This document shows positions 51,471 to 62,648 of a stretch of DNA of 64,000 nucleotides, in pieces. This stretch comes from an uncultured delta proteobacterium (lineage in GTDB: Bacteria > Desulfobacterota > Binatia > Binatales > Binataceae), in NCBI GenBank assembly GCA_963724765.1, contig CAVRVY010000003.1:544001-608000 (forward strand), given 5' to 3'. The first letter of the stretch is position 1; every line of letters begins with the position of its first letter. The position numbers were made by a program, and so were the translations under genes. Under the pieces are notes generated by a model. The model made no database searches, had not been told where the DNA came from, and saw only the letters and a list, made by a program, of their open reading frames with translations.

Positions 51471-51986
51471 ATGGTGAACAAAGTCAAGGATTCGGTACCC
51501 AGGTGCGCGATCTACCCGGGGACGTTTGACCCGATCCACAATGGGCACATCGACGTCATCCGCCGCAGCGTCGCGATCTTCGACGAAGTGATCGTCGCGG
51601 TGGCCTACAATCCGCACAAGGACCCCGCGCTGTTCTCGCCCGACGAGCGGGTCGAGATGATCCGCGAGACCATCCGCGACCTTGAGCCGCGGGCCCGGGT
51701 CGATAAGTTCAGCGGGCTCTCGGTCGACTACGCTCAGCGCATCGGCGCGCACATCATCATCCGCAGCCTGCGCGCGGTGACCGACTTCGACTACGAACTG
51801 CAGATGGCGCACATGAACAACCAGATGTGGGCGAAGGTCGAGACCGTGTTCCTGTTCGCCAATCCCAAGCTGTTCTTCTCAGCCTCGCGGCTGATCAAGG
51901 AAGTCGCCAGCTACGGCAAGAGGCTGCCCGAGCTGGTGCCCGAGCTGGTGATGAACCGGCTGCGCGCCAAGCTCAAAATCGACTGA
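51471..51986 (+). CDS. coaD: Phosphopantetheine adenylyltransferase
   Basis: AIYPGTFDPIHNGH, LRAVTDFDYE. Confidence 0.96.
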   Translation: MVNKVKDSVPRCAIYPGTFDPIHNGHIDVIRRSVAIFDEVIVAVAYNPHKDPALFSPDERVEMIRETIRDLEPRARVDKFSGLSVDYAQRIGAHIIIRSLRAVTDFDYELQMAHMNNQMWAKVETVFLFANPKLFFSASRLIKEVASYGKRLPELVPELVMNRLRAKLKID

Positions 51987-52074
51987 GCACCTTTCGTCTG
52001 CTAGGCTTGGGTGCCTCGCGCGCCGCCCGGACGGCGCGCCAATTTTGTTGGCCAGGAACACTTAGGACCAGGAG

Positions 52075-53277
52075 ATGCTGAAGCTCAACCGCAGAGTAGC
52101 CGCGATCAAGTCGTCGGCCACGTTGGCGGCCGATGCGCGCGCGACCGAACTGAGGGCCGCCGGCGTCGACGTCATCCCGCTAGCCGCCGGCGAGCCTGAC
52201 TTCGACACCCCCGAGCGCATCAAGGAAGCCGCGCGCCGCGCGCTCGCGGCCGGCAAGACCAAGTACACGCCAGTGGCCGGCACGCGCGAGCTCAAGGACG
52301 CGATTTGCCTCAAGCTCAAGCGCGACAACCACCTCGACTACGAGCCGGCCGAGATAATGGCCTCGGCCGGGAGCAAGCCCGCCGAGTACAACCTCATCGC
52401 GAGCCTCTTCGACGAGGGCGACGAGGTGATCGTGCCGACGCCGGCGTGGGTCAGCTTCGTCGCGATGATCCAGCTAAGCGGCGCCGAGCCGAAACTGGTC
52501 GCCTGCCCGGAGAGCGACGGCTTTCTGCTCGGCCCGGAGCGGCTGCGCAGCGCGATTGGCCCGCGCACGCGCGGCATCATGCTCAACTCGCCCTCCAATC
52601 CGACCGGCGCGGTCTATAACGCGGCGCAACTCGCGGCGCTCGCGCGCGTGCTGGTAGAGTTCCCACAGGTATGGGTGATGTCGGACGACGCGTACGAGCA
52701 TATCGCCTACGTCGGACGCGTGCCGCACATCTTCGAGATCGAGCCGCGGCTTAAGCAGCACGGGATCGTGTTCAACACGCTCTCGAAGGCGTATGCGATG
52801 ACCGGATGGCGCATCGGATTCGCCGCCGGGCCGCGCGAGGCGATCGGAGCGGCGACGCGTCTGCAAAGCCAGAACAGCGGCAATCCCAATTCGATCGCGC
52901 AGGCCGCGGCGGTCGAGGCGCTGACCGGCCCGCAGGACGAAATCGCCGCGATGGCGGCCGAGTTCCGCGCGCGCCGCGACCTGGTGGTCGAGCGGGTGCG
53001 CCGGATTCCCGGCTTCAGCCTGCCCAATGTGCCCGAGGGCGCGTTCTACGCATTCGTCAACGTGTCGGCGATGCTCAAGCGCGAGTACAAGGGACAGCCT
53101 ATCGGCGACGGCGACCGCCTGGCCTCGATCATCCTCGACGACGCGCAGGTCGCGATCGTCGGCGGCAACGATTTCGACGCGCCCAACCACGTGCGGCTCT
53201 CCTACGCGACCTCGCGCGAGAAGCTCACGCAGGCCTTCGACCGTATCGAGCGCCTGGCGCGCGAAATCATGCGCTAG
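52075..53277 (+). CDS. Class I/II PLP aminotransferase (aspartate aminotransferase-like)
   Basis: GEPDFDTP, NSPSNPTG, SKAYAMTGWRIG. Confidence 0.92.
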   Translation: MLKLNRRVAAIKSSATLAADARATELRAAGVDVIPLAAGEPDFDTPERIKEAARRALAAGKTKYTPVAGTRELKDAICLKLKRDNHLDYEPAEIMASAGSKPAEYNLIASLFDEGDEVIVPTPAWVSFVAMIQLSGAEPKLVACPESDGFLLGPERLRSAIGPRTRGIMLNSPSNPTGAVYNAAQLAALARVLVEFPQVWVMSDDAYEHIAYVGRVPHIFEIEPRLKQHGIVFNTLSKAYAMTGWRIGFAAGPREAIGAATRLQSQNSGNPNSIAQAAAVEALTGPQDEIAAMAAEFRARRDLVVERVRRIPGFSLPNVPEGAFYAFVNVSAMLKREYKGQPIGDGDRLASIILDDAQVAIVGGNDFDAPNHVRLSYATSREKLTQAFDRIERLAREIMR

Positions 53278-53296
53278 AGAAAGAAGCGCCGTTGCG

Positions 53297-53725
53297 CTAG
53301 CGGCGCCAGGGCGCGGGCAGCTCGCCGGTGCGGATGAAACGCAGGTAGTCGGCGAGAATTTCGGCGTGGTCAAAGGCGAGCGGCGCGGGCGGCGCGTCGG
53401 GCGCGAACAACCCGATTCCCTTGGCGTCGTCGGCGGCCCGCGGCTGACCGTGCGCCCGGCCGACGTAAACCGCGGTGACGGTCTGACCGCGCGGATCGCG
53501 GTCGGGGCGCGAATACACGCCGAGCAGCGCGCGCAGTTCGACTTCGAGCGTGGTTTCCTCGCGCAGTTCGCGTACGGCGGCGTCCTCAACCTTCTCGCCG
53601 ACGTCGACGAAGCCGCCGGGAAACGCCCATCCGAAGGGAAAGTTGCGCCGCTCGATCAGCACGATATCGGTTCCGATTTCGGCGATCACGTCGGCCGCGA
53701 TAGGGGGGCATACTGGCTTGGGCAT
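53297..53725 (-). CDS. NUDIX hydrolase
   Basis: PGGFVDVGEKVEDAAVRELREET, RDPR. Confidence 0.92.
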   Translation of the reverse strand: MPKPVCPPIAADVIAEIGTDIVLIERRNFPFGWAFPGGFVDVGEKVEDAAVRELREETTLEVELRALLGVYSRPDRDPRGQTVTAVYVGRAHGQPRAADDAKGIGLFAPDAPPAPLAFDHAEILADYLRFIRTGELPAPWRR

Positions 53726-53783
53726 GCTTGAAGGTTAACACTGCGCGCGCCGCGCCGCATCGGCCGCTGCAGGCGCGCCGGCA

Positions 53784-53814
53784 ACAGGAACGTTTGACAC
53801 AGGAACGTTTGACA
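53784..53814 (+). repeat. 15-bp tandem duplication in a divergent promoter region
   Basis: acaggaacgtttgac twice, each copy followed by a, giving TTGACA twice. Confidence 0.85.
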
Positions 53815-53848
53815 ATGGACGGCGTGGACCACAAAGTTCTGGACTGAC

Positions 53849-54871
53849 ATGCAAGTAGCACGGCTTTACGATTTTGGTGATATCCGCGTCGAGCACGACC
53901 CACGCCCTGAGCCCGGCCCCGACGAAATCCTGGTTCGTGCCCGTGCCTGCGGTATCTGCTCGGGCGACATCATGCCCTGGTACATTCGGCGCAAGGCGCC
54001 GCTGGTGCTGGGGCACGAGCCTGTCGGCGTGGTCGAGGAAGTTGGTGCGGCGGTGCGCGGGTTTCGCCGCGGCGAGCGCGTCTTCGTTCATCATCACGCG
54101 CCGTGCTTCGAGTGCGCGTCGTGCCGGCGCGGCGAATACGTGCAGTGCGCGACCTGGCGCGCGACCAAAATCGTGCCGGGCGGGATGGCCGAGTATTTCG
54201 TGGTGGGCGCGCACAACCAAAGCGACACGCTCCGCTTGCCCGACGCGCTCGCCGACGCCGACGGCGTGCTAATCGAGCCCGCGGCGTGCGTGGTCAAGTC
54301 GCTCCGCCGCTCGGGCCTCAAGCGTGACGAAAGCATCCTGATAATCGGACTCGGGATCATGGGCATGATGCACGTGGTGCTGGCGCGCCATCTCGGAGCG
54401 GGACGCATAATCGGCGCCGACCTGTTCGAGACGCGCGCGCGGCGCGCCGTCGCGCTGGGCGCCGACACGGGGCTGGTGGTCTCGGGCGACAACCTGGTGG
54501 AGCAGGTGCGCGAAGCGACCGGCGGCGCGATGGCCGACGTGGTGATCGTCGGTCCCGGAAACGCCAGGGCGATCGCGCAGGGTATCGCGGCGGCCGGCAA
54601 GGGCGCCACCGTGGTGCAGTTCACCGCCACGCCGCCCGAGGACGAGATGACACTTAGGCCGCACGATCTCTATTTCAACGAGACGCGGCTGGTGCCGAGC
54701 TACTCCTGCGGGCCCGACGACACGCGGGAGGCGATGGCGCTGGTGGAACGCTCCGTGTTGCGCGCCGCCGACCTGGTGACCCATCGTTTTCCACTAGAGC
54801 GCGTGAACGAAGCCTACGCAACGGCGCAGAAGCCCGAATCGCTCAAGGTGATCGTAACCTTCGAAGGGTAG
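53849..54871 (+). CDS. Zinc-binding MDR dehydrogenase (sorbitol/threonine dehydrogenase-like)
   Basis: CGICSGD, GHE, CFECASC...C, GLGIMG. Confidence 0.92.
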   Translation: MQVARLYDFGDIRVEHDPRPEPGPDEILVRARACGICSGDIMPWYIRRKAPLVLGHEPVGVVEEVGAAVRGFRRGERVFVHHHAPCFECASCRRGEYVQCATWRATKIVPGGMAEYFVVGAHNQSDTLRLPDALADADGVLIEPAACVVKSLRRSGLKRDESILIIGLGIMGMMHVVLARHLGAGRIIGADLFETRARRAVALGADTGLVVSGDNLVEQVREATGGAMADVVIVGPGNARAIAQGIAAAGKGATVVQFTATPPEDEMTLRPHDLYFNETRLVPSYSCGPDDTREAMALVERSVLRAADLVTHRFPLERVNEAYATAQKPESLKVIVTFEG

Positions 54872-54975
54872 CCGCACGCCAGCATGATCGCCGGACAATC
54901 GGCGCCAAGCGCAATCGCGCCAACCGAAGGACCGCACGAATAGCCACTAGCTACTCGGCCCGTAGCGCGCACACA

Positions 54976-55009
54976 AGGAAAAGGGCGGTCGTTAAGCCGC
55001 CCTTTTCCT
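54976..55009. terminator. Bidirectional terminator between convergent genes
   Basis: aggaaaagggcgg-loop-ccgcccttttcct. Confidence 0.85.
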
Positions 55010-55025
55010 GTGCAGGCGTTGAAAA

Positions 55026-55442
55026 CTACGGAGTCGCGGGCGCTGGAGCCGCAGGTGCCGGAGCGGGCGCGGCCGCACCGCCGTCGGCCGGAGCAGGCGC
55101 CGGAGCCGCGTGCATCACATGGTGATGAACGTGATGCATGACGTGATGATGCATCACGTGATGGCCACCTTCGGTCTTCATGGAGATCGCTTCAGCGCGA
55201 TCTGCAGCGGCCTTCGCGTCAGCCGCGGCCTGCTCGGTGCGGGTGGCGGCAGCCTGCGCGGCCGCGGCCGACTGCTGCGCCGAGCTGGCGGCAGCTTCAG
55301 CACCCTGCGCCGAGGAGGCAGCCTGCGTGGCCGCCGCCTGGGCTTTTTGCGCGGCGTCCTGACCGGCGCATCCAGCAAATAGAGCGAGCGCCAGAGCAGC
55401 CCCGGCAAATGCGATCATCTTCGAAGTTTTTAAGCCTTCCAT
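55026..55442 (-). CDS. Alanine-zipper (Lpp/OprI-like) lipoprotein with a His/Met-rich segment
   Basis: Lipobox LFAG-C; AQAAATQAASSAQ...AKAAADRAE; HHVMHHHVMHHVHHHVMH; Pro/Ala tail. Confidence 0.8.
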   Translation of the reverse strand: MEGLKTSKMIAFAGAALALALFAGCAGQDAAQKAQAAATQAASSAQGAEAAASSAQQSAAAAQAAATRTEQAAADAKAAADRAEAISMKTEGGHHVMHHHVMHHVHHHVMHAAPAPAPADGGAAAPAPAPAAPAPATP

Positions 55443-55701
55443 CCTTGATTCCTTCCCTCCTTACAAGTCGGCGACGGGCCGCGATGTGGACCGTCTCACC
55501 AGTTAGTCACATCCCCAACGGAACTGCTATGCCGGGTTGGTTACGAGCATAACAAATTTTACACAAGTTGAAAGCTGACGCAGTCAGCATTTCTTATATT
55601 ACGACCTACCCCAACTCAAGGTTAGCTTGTAACCAAACTCAAGATCGGGCTGTGCCGCCGGTTGCGCGCCAATTACAGTACCGAGCTCTCTAATGCACGA
55701 A

Positions 55702-57429
<1,728 letters not shown>

Positions 57430-57583
57430 CGAAAAAATCTCCGTAAAAGAATCTTTGAACTGTGCGCGCACCGATACGTCGAGGCCTAATCGGCGCGACC
57501 CGCTCGAACATAAGCATGCTGGCGCGCATTACCAGTAGTATCACGCTTTGTGCCCGATAACCGAGCGTGCAAGGATAGCTAGC

Positions 57584-58123
57584 GTGATCACAACTCCGTT
57601 GAACAAGACGCCGGCGCTCCCGCAGATGACGCCAGCGCCGTCAGACCAGGCGCCGGCCTCGCCAGACAAGACGGCACGGCGCGCCACCCCTGTGCTCGCG
57701 GCGCTGCTTGGCGTGGCGGCGCTCGCCGCGTCAATCCCACCAATGGCGACTGCCGGCTCGGGGACTCCGCCCGGCGCCTTAGCTTCGCTTCGCGCGCAAC
57801 CGCCGCGCGAGCTATCTGCCCCGCCGCGAGCCGCCATGGCCGCCCCGATGCTCGCCCAGGACGACGATGATGACAGCGGCGGCGATGCCACCGCGGACAA
57901 GGGCGCCTCACCTGAACAGATCGAAAAGTACGTCGCGGTCTACCGCGCGATGCAGGGCAATCACAGCATGACCGTCGAACAAGCCGCCGCGGCTCAGGGA
58001 CTGACCGTGGGAGCCTTTCGCGACCTCGAGCGGCGTATCGAGAGCGACGACCTCTCGCGCGATGACGCCCGCCGCGCGCTCGCCGCGCCAACCCACAGCG
58101 CCACGCCGACGGCGCGGCGCTGA
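57584..58123 (+). CDS. Exported hypothetical protein (C-terminal domain reminiscent of DUF4168)
   Basis: Hydrophobic VLAALLGVAALAA; EQIEKYVAVY...QGLTVGAF..LE. Confidence 0.55.
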   Translation: MITTPLNKTPALPQMTPAPSDQAPASPDKTARRATPVLAALLGVAALAASIPPMATAGSGTPPGALASLRAQPPRELSAPPRAAMAAPMLAQDDDDDSGGDATADKGASPEQIEKYVAVYRAMQGNHSMTVEQAAAAQGLTVGAFRDLERRIESDDLSRDDARRALAAPTHSATPTARR

Positions 58124-58206
58124 GTCACGCGTTCGCCGATCGCTATCGAGAGTTTCAAAAAATGGCGGAAGAGGATCGAGTCTCCTCTTCCGCCAGGCAC
58201 TGATCG

Positions 58207-58488
58207 TTACTTCGTAACGGAGGACGCGAATTCCGCTTCGAGGCGAGCCACAGCGTCGTTTGCGCGCTTGACTGAGTCCTCTGCGCCAGCAGCCGCTTCC
58301 TGGGCGCTTTTGGCCGACTGGGCCGCCTGGTTGGCCGAGTTCTGCGCATTGGTCGTCGCCGTGGAAGCCGACTGCGCGCTGGCCTCAGCCTGCGAAGTCG
58401 CCTGATCGATCTGAGTCTGGTAACTGCATCCGATGGCGAACAGACCACCGAGCGCAAGGATTCCGAGCGCACTCACCAACTTCTTCAT
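58207..58488 (-). CDS. Lpp/OprI-family alanine-zipper lipoprotein ending in Lys
   Basis: MKKLVSALGILALGGLFAIG-C; ANQAAQSAKSAQEAA...RANDAVARLEAEFASSVTK; SD AGGAGG. Confidence 0.85.
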   Translation of the reverse strand: MKKLVSALGILALGGLFAIGCSYQTQIDQATSQAEASAQSASTATTNAQNSANQAAQSAKSAQEAAAGAEDSVKRANDAVARLEAEFASSVTK

Positions 58489-58762
58489 CCGAACCCACCT
58501 CCTGGTAAACCGGTAAAATCGGTCTTCTATATGTGAAAGCAATCTAACAGCATCGCACGTCGGCGCGAAGCGTTTACAGCCGCGAAATTGTGCTCATCGT
58601 TACAAATCAATCTGTTCAAGGCAAGCCAACTGGACGCCCCGCCGCTCGTTTCCCCGCTCGTGCAGGGCTCCGGTTGACTTCCAAAACTGGCGATGAGTAT
58701 CGTCAACTCAAATTCCTGGTCGAATTCCACGCAACCATTAATCACCGGCTCCGCTCACGATC

Positions 58763-59557
58763 GTGTCGACAGGCAACATCAACGAACGACAAAGCCAACC
58801 TGAGACGGCAAAAGCGGCAATCGAGGCCAAGGCTGTCGCCAGTCCGGCGCCGCACGCCGACGTCGGGGCCGCCGCGCACCCTCCGGCTCCCGGCGGCACT
58901 CCCGATCGCGGACCGGCCATGATGACCGCGATTCCGGGCGGCGGCGAAAACGCTCTGCCCGGGCCGCTCGAAGAGAAACGCTTCGCCGGCGAGATGGAGG
59001 GCGACTTCGAGGGCGTGCTCAGGATGGTCGAGCCGGGCGGTCCCGCCGGCCAGCGTCGGAGCCATCGCAGCATCTGGGGATCGCTGGTCAGACTGATGCG
59101 GATGGACCGGCTGCGCGGTCCTGCGACCCGCGCCGACCGGCACGTCGCCTTCGACGGCTACAGCAATCCGATGCACGACGAGAAAATCGAGCGCGACCGC
59201 CGCTACGGCACGGTCTACACGGTCGTCGAGCACGCCAACGCTTATCTGGTGGGCATCGAGATGCCGCGGCGAATTCCGGCGTCCTCGCTCAAGGAGTTGT
59301 GGAAACTTCCGGACGAGATGCCCGATTACGACTATACCGTCACGCTACACGAACAGGTGCTGGCCGTGCGGGCGGGCGTGCGCGGCGACGCGATGCGGCG
59401 ATTGTCGTACATCTCGGCATCGTTTCCTGCTGACTTCCTCACCCGGATCGAATTCGACCGACCGGTCACATCATTCAAGCATCGCCTGCGCAACAAGGTG
59501 CTCGAAATAGTGGTCTTCAAGGCCGCCGGACCCGAAACCATCAGCCGGGTCGCCTAG
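58763..59557 (+). CDS. Hypothetical protein with a divergent alpha-crystallin/Hsp20-like C-terminal domain
   Basis: VVEHANAYLVGIEMP...YTVTLHEQVLAVRA...FLTRIEF.RPV...LRNKVLEIVVFK follows the ACD strand pattern. Confidence 0.55.
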   Translation: MSTGNINERQSQPETAKAAIEAKAVASPAPHADVGAAAHPPAPGGTPDRGPAMMTAIPGGGENALPGPLEEKRFAGEMEGDFEGVLRMVEPGGPAGQRRSHRSIWGSLVRLMRMDRLRGPATRADRHVAFDGYSNPMHDEKIERDRRYGTVYTVVEHANAYLVGIEMPRRIPASSLKELWKLPDEMPDYDYTVTLHEQVLAVRAGVRGDAMRRLSYISASFPADFLTRIEFDRPVTSFKHRLRNKVLEIVVFKAAGPETISRVA

Positions 59558-59617
59558 GACGAGCGCACACGCCGCTTCGACGGGAGGTCAGGCGAGCGTA
59601 CGCTAAAGAGGCGGCCG

Positions 59618-60121
59618 ATGACGACGAATGTAAGAGAGGCCACCGCCGGCGATCTGCCACGCATCCTGGAGATCGAACGGCTGGCATTTCCACAGCCGTG
59701 GAGCCTCGACTCGTTCAAACGCGAACTGATGCTGCCCTTCTCCCGCATCATGGTGGCGGCCCAGCCGCCTTCAGCGCAAGCGGCTCACACGGCGCAGGCC
59801 GAGACCCGCAGCGAGCCTGCGGGCTTCCTGTGCCGATGGCTGGTCGCTGACGAATGCCACATCCTCAATGTGGCGGTGCATCCTGAGGCGCGGCGCAGCG
59901 GTATCGCGATGGCGTTGATGGCGGAGGTCATCAGCGAAGCAAAAGCAAAACACATCCGTCTCGTGACGCTCGAGGTGCGCCGCTCGAATGTCGCCGCAAG
60001 AAGCCTCTACCGCAAGCTGACTTTTGAAGAACGACGTTTGAGAACGAATTACTATGGGCCCGGCGAAGACGCGATCGTGATGGAGCTCCATCTCGGCGGC
60101 GGCCATCGTCTGCATCAATAG
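59618..60121 (+). CDS. rimI: Ribosomal protein alanine N-acetyltransferase
   Basis: IERLAFPQPWS, HILNVAVHP..RR.G, LEVRRSN.AA..LY, YY...EDAIVM. Confidence 0.93.
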   Translation: MTTNVREATAGDLPRILEIERLAFPQPWSLDSFKRELMLPFSRIMVAAQPPSAQAAHTAQAETRSEPAGFLCRWLVADECHILNVAVHPEARRSGIAMALMAEVISEAKAKHIRLVTLEVRRSNVAARSLYRKLTFEERRLRTNYYGPGEDAIVMELHLGGGHRLHQ

Positions 60122-60182
60122 TCCGCAAATAGTCCGCCCAAAGCGGAGACTTATCCGCAACTTAGCTGCGGATTTAGCGGGG

Positions 60183-60211
60183 TTACAAAACTCTACTAAT
60201 TGTGCCATAAT
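60183..60211 (+). promoter_or_regulatory. Putative sigma-70 promoter for carD
   Basis: TTACAA-N17-CATAAT in an AT-rich spacer. Confidence 0.5.
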
Positions 60212-60306
60212 ATGGGCGTTGAGCCAGCGCTGATCGGACAGGAGTGAACCTCCGTCACTAACTGGACCGAAATCCATAACGCCACGCGGCTCGTGAAAGA
60301 ACATAG

Positions 60307-60804
60307 ATGATGAATCTGCCGTTCAAGAAGGGTGAGAAGGTGGTTTACCCGGCCCACGGGGTTGCGGTCATCGAGGACATTCAGAGCCGTGTCATTTCCG
60401 GGACCGAGCGCCGATTCTACATGCTCAAGATTCTCGGCACGGAGAAGATGACCATCATGATCCCGACCGAGAACGTAACCCAGGTCGGGCTGCGGCGGGT
60501 GATCGGCAAGGACGTGGTCGATAAGATTTACAAGATTTTGCGCACGCGCAAGGTCGACGCCGACACTCAGACCTGGAACCGGCGCTATCGCGAGTATACC
60601 GAAAAGATCAAGACCGGGTCGCCGCTCGAGATTGCCAAGGTCCTGCGCGACCTGCTGGTGCTCAAAGGCGACAAGGAGTTGTCGTTCGGTGAACGCAAGA
60701 TGCTCGATACTGCGCGCAGCTTGCTGGTGAAGGAGCTTTCCATCGCTAAGGCTCATCCGGAAGAAAAGATCATGGAAGAGCTCAAGATCATGTTCGCCAA
60801 TTAG
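60307..60804 (+). CDS. carD: CarD/CdnL transcription factor
   Basis: FKKGEKVVYPAHGV, VGLRRVI, TWNRRYR, LSFGERKML. Confidence 0.95.
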   Translation: MMNLPFKKGEKVVYPAHGVAVIEDIQSRVISGTERRFYMLKILGTEKMTIMIPTENVTQVGLRRVIGKDVVDKIYKILRTRKVDADTQTWNRRYREYTEKIKTGSPLEIAKVLRDLLVLKGDKELSFGERKMLDTARSLLVKELSIAKAHPEEKIMEELKIMFAN

Positions 60805-60836
60805 CGAACGCGCCGAAGCGAAAGACAAACTCGAAG

Positions 60837-60868
60837 AGGGATCGGAAGCAATTCCGATCCCTTTTTTT
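60837..60868 (+). terminator. Rho-independent terminator after carD
   Basis: gggatcggaa-gcaa-ttccgatccc followed by T7. Confidence 0.9.
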
Positions 60869-60994
60869 GTTCCGTCGGTCGGTGGCTCTCGCCGTGAGCA
60901 CCTGGCCGCGCGCTTTGCCCTCTCACGCGCCGCTCGCTACGCTCGATAGCGCCGCGGCCACTTGGATTCGCTAATCGGCCGCGGCCTCGACGCG

Positions 60995-61684
60995 ATGCGA
61001 TGCTCCGTCATAATCGTCGCCGCCGGAAGCGGGCTGCGGCTTAAGATGGACGTGCCGAAGGCCTTCGTGCCGCTCGGCGGACGGCCGTTGCTTCACTACT
61101 CGCTACGCGCCATCGCGGCACTCGACGCGATCGGCGAGGCGGTGGTGACGGTGCCGGCCGGGATGGAGCGCCACGCGCGCGCCGAGGTCAAGCGCGCCGC
61201 AGTGGAAATTCCGGTCAAGCTGGTCGCGGGCGGCGCCGAGCGTCAGGACTCGGTGAGAATCGCACTTGAGCTCACCAGCGCGGAGAGCGAAGTCGTCGTG
61301 GTGCACGACGCGGCGCGCCCGTTCGCGACGCCCGCGCTGTTCGCCGCCTGCATCGACGCGACACGGCGGGCCGACGGCGCGATCGCCGCGATCGCTGTCG
61401 CCGACACGCTCAAGCGTATCGATGGCCGCACGATCACGGCGACGGTTGCGCGCCAGGGGCTATGGCAAGCGCAAACGCCGCAGGCGTTCAGGCGCGCGGC
61501 GCTGGTCGAGGCGCACGATCGCGCGATGCGCGAGCGATGCACCGCGACCGACGACGCCGAACTGGTCGAGCGATGCGGCGGGCGGGTCGAGGTAGTCGAA
61601 AGCTCGGCCACCAATCTCAAGATCACCACGCCGGCCGACCTCGAAATCGCCGCGGCGCTCGCCGCGCGAATCTTTGCCGGCTAG
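60995..61684 (+). CDS. ispD: 2-C-methyl-D-erythritol 4-phosphate cytidylyltransferase
   Basis: IVAAGSGLR...PKAF, GGAERQDSV, VHDAARP, QTPQAF, NLKITTPADL. Confidence 0.95.
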   Translation: MRCSVIIVAAGSGLRLKMDVPKAFVPLGGRPLLHYSLRAIAALDAIGEAVVTVPAGMERHARAEVKRAAVEIPVKLVAGGAERQDSVRIALELTSAESEVVVVHDAARPFATPALFAACIDATRRADGAIAAIAVADTLKRIDGRTITATVARQGLWQAQTPQAFRRAALVEAHDRAMRERCTATDDAELVERCGGRVEVVESSATNLKITTPADLEIAAALAARIFAG

Positions 61685-61781
61685 AAAAGTCCTGGTCCGC
61701 TAGAAAAAATCGGAAGTGGCCGCTATCGAGAGGCGCGCACCTCTTTATTCCAGCACGGGCCCTTCGGGAACGGCTCTCTTC

Positions 61782-62648
61782 TCAACGCGCGCCGGGAGAA
61801 TCGGCGGAATTCGTAAGAGCCGCGGCGGCCACGCCTTCGTTGAGCGAGCCCGAGCGGAAGCCCTTCAAATCGACGGTCACGAAGCGAAATCCTAGCTTGC
61901 GCAGCTCACGCTCGACGCGCTCGCGCGTCGGCGGTTCGAGCAGCCGCGCGATCTCCTGCTGTTCGACTTCCAGCCGCGCGACCTCGCCATGATGGCGTAC
62001 GCGCGCCACTCGAAAGCCCATCGCATGCAACAGCCGCTCGCCGCGCTCGACTTGCTCGAGCCCCTCAAGCGTGATTCGCGTCCCGTAGGGAAAACGCGAC
62101 GAGAGGCAAGGCGAGGCCGGCCGATCCCACGTCGGCAGCCCCAGCGCGCGCGACAGTTCGCGAATTTCGGCCTTGGTCAATTCGGCCTCGACCAGCGGAT
62201 GGCGGACGCGCTTTTCGCCGGCGGCCTTAATCCCGGGACGATAGTCATGCAAATCGTCCAGGTTGAGCCCGTCGACGATCTCTTCGATTCCGAGTTCCGC
62301 CGCCTTGGCCTCGCAAACCGTGAACAGGTTGTGCTTGCACAGGTAGCATCGGTTGAGCGGGTTTTCCGCGTAGCCGGGGACCTCGAGTTCGTTGGAGTCA
62401 ATGACCAGGTGGCGCGCGCCGATCATCCGGGCCATCTCCAGCGCCGAGCGCCGGTCATCGTCGGGCATCGTGGGCGAGGTTGTGGTGAGCGCGAGCATCC
62501 GCGCGCCAAGGATGTCGTGAGCGACGCGCAGGACGAAGGTCGAATCGACCCCGCCCGAAAATGCGACTATCAGTGAGCGCATCGGCGCGAAAATCCCGCG
62601 CAGGTGCTCGAGCTTGAACGAAAGCTCCTCGCTGATCGCGTTGCTCAT
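61782..62648 (-). CDS. larE: LarE-family ATP-dependent sulfur transferase
   Basis: PP-loop AFSGGVDS, RCYLCK, DYRPG, PCLSSRFPYG. Confidence 0.92.
   Translation of the reverse strand: MSNAISEELSFKLEHLRGIFAPMRSLIVAFSGGVDSTFVLRVAHDILGARMLALTTTSPTMPDDDRRSALEMARMIGARHLVIDSNELEVPGYAENPLNRCYLCKHNLFTVCEAKAAELGIEEIVDGLNLDDLHDYRPGIKAAGEKRVRHPLVEAELTKAEIRELSRALGLPTWDRPASPCLSSRFPYGTRITLEGLEQVERGERLLHAMGFRVARVRHHGEVARLEVEQQEIARLLEPPTRERVERELRKLGFRFVTVDLKGFRSGSLNEGVAAAALTNSADSPGAR

Noticed and set aside
57430-57583. CIRCE element or groES upstream of groEL
   Set aside because: There is no TTAGCACTC-N9-GAGTGCTAA and no GroES-like ORF.
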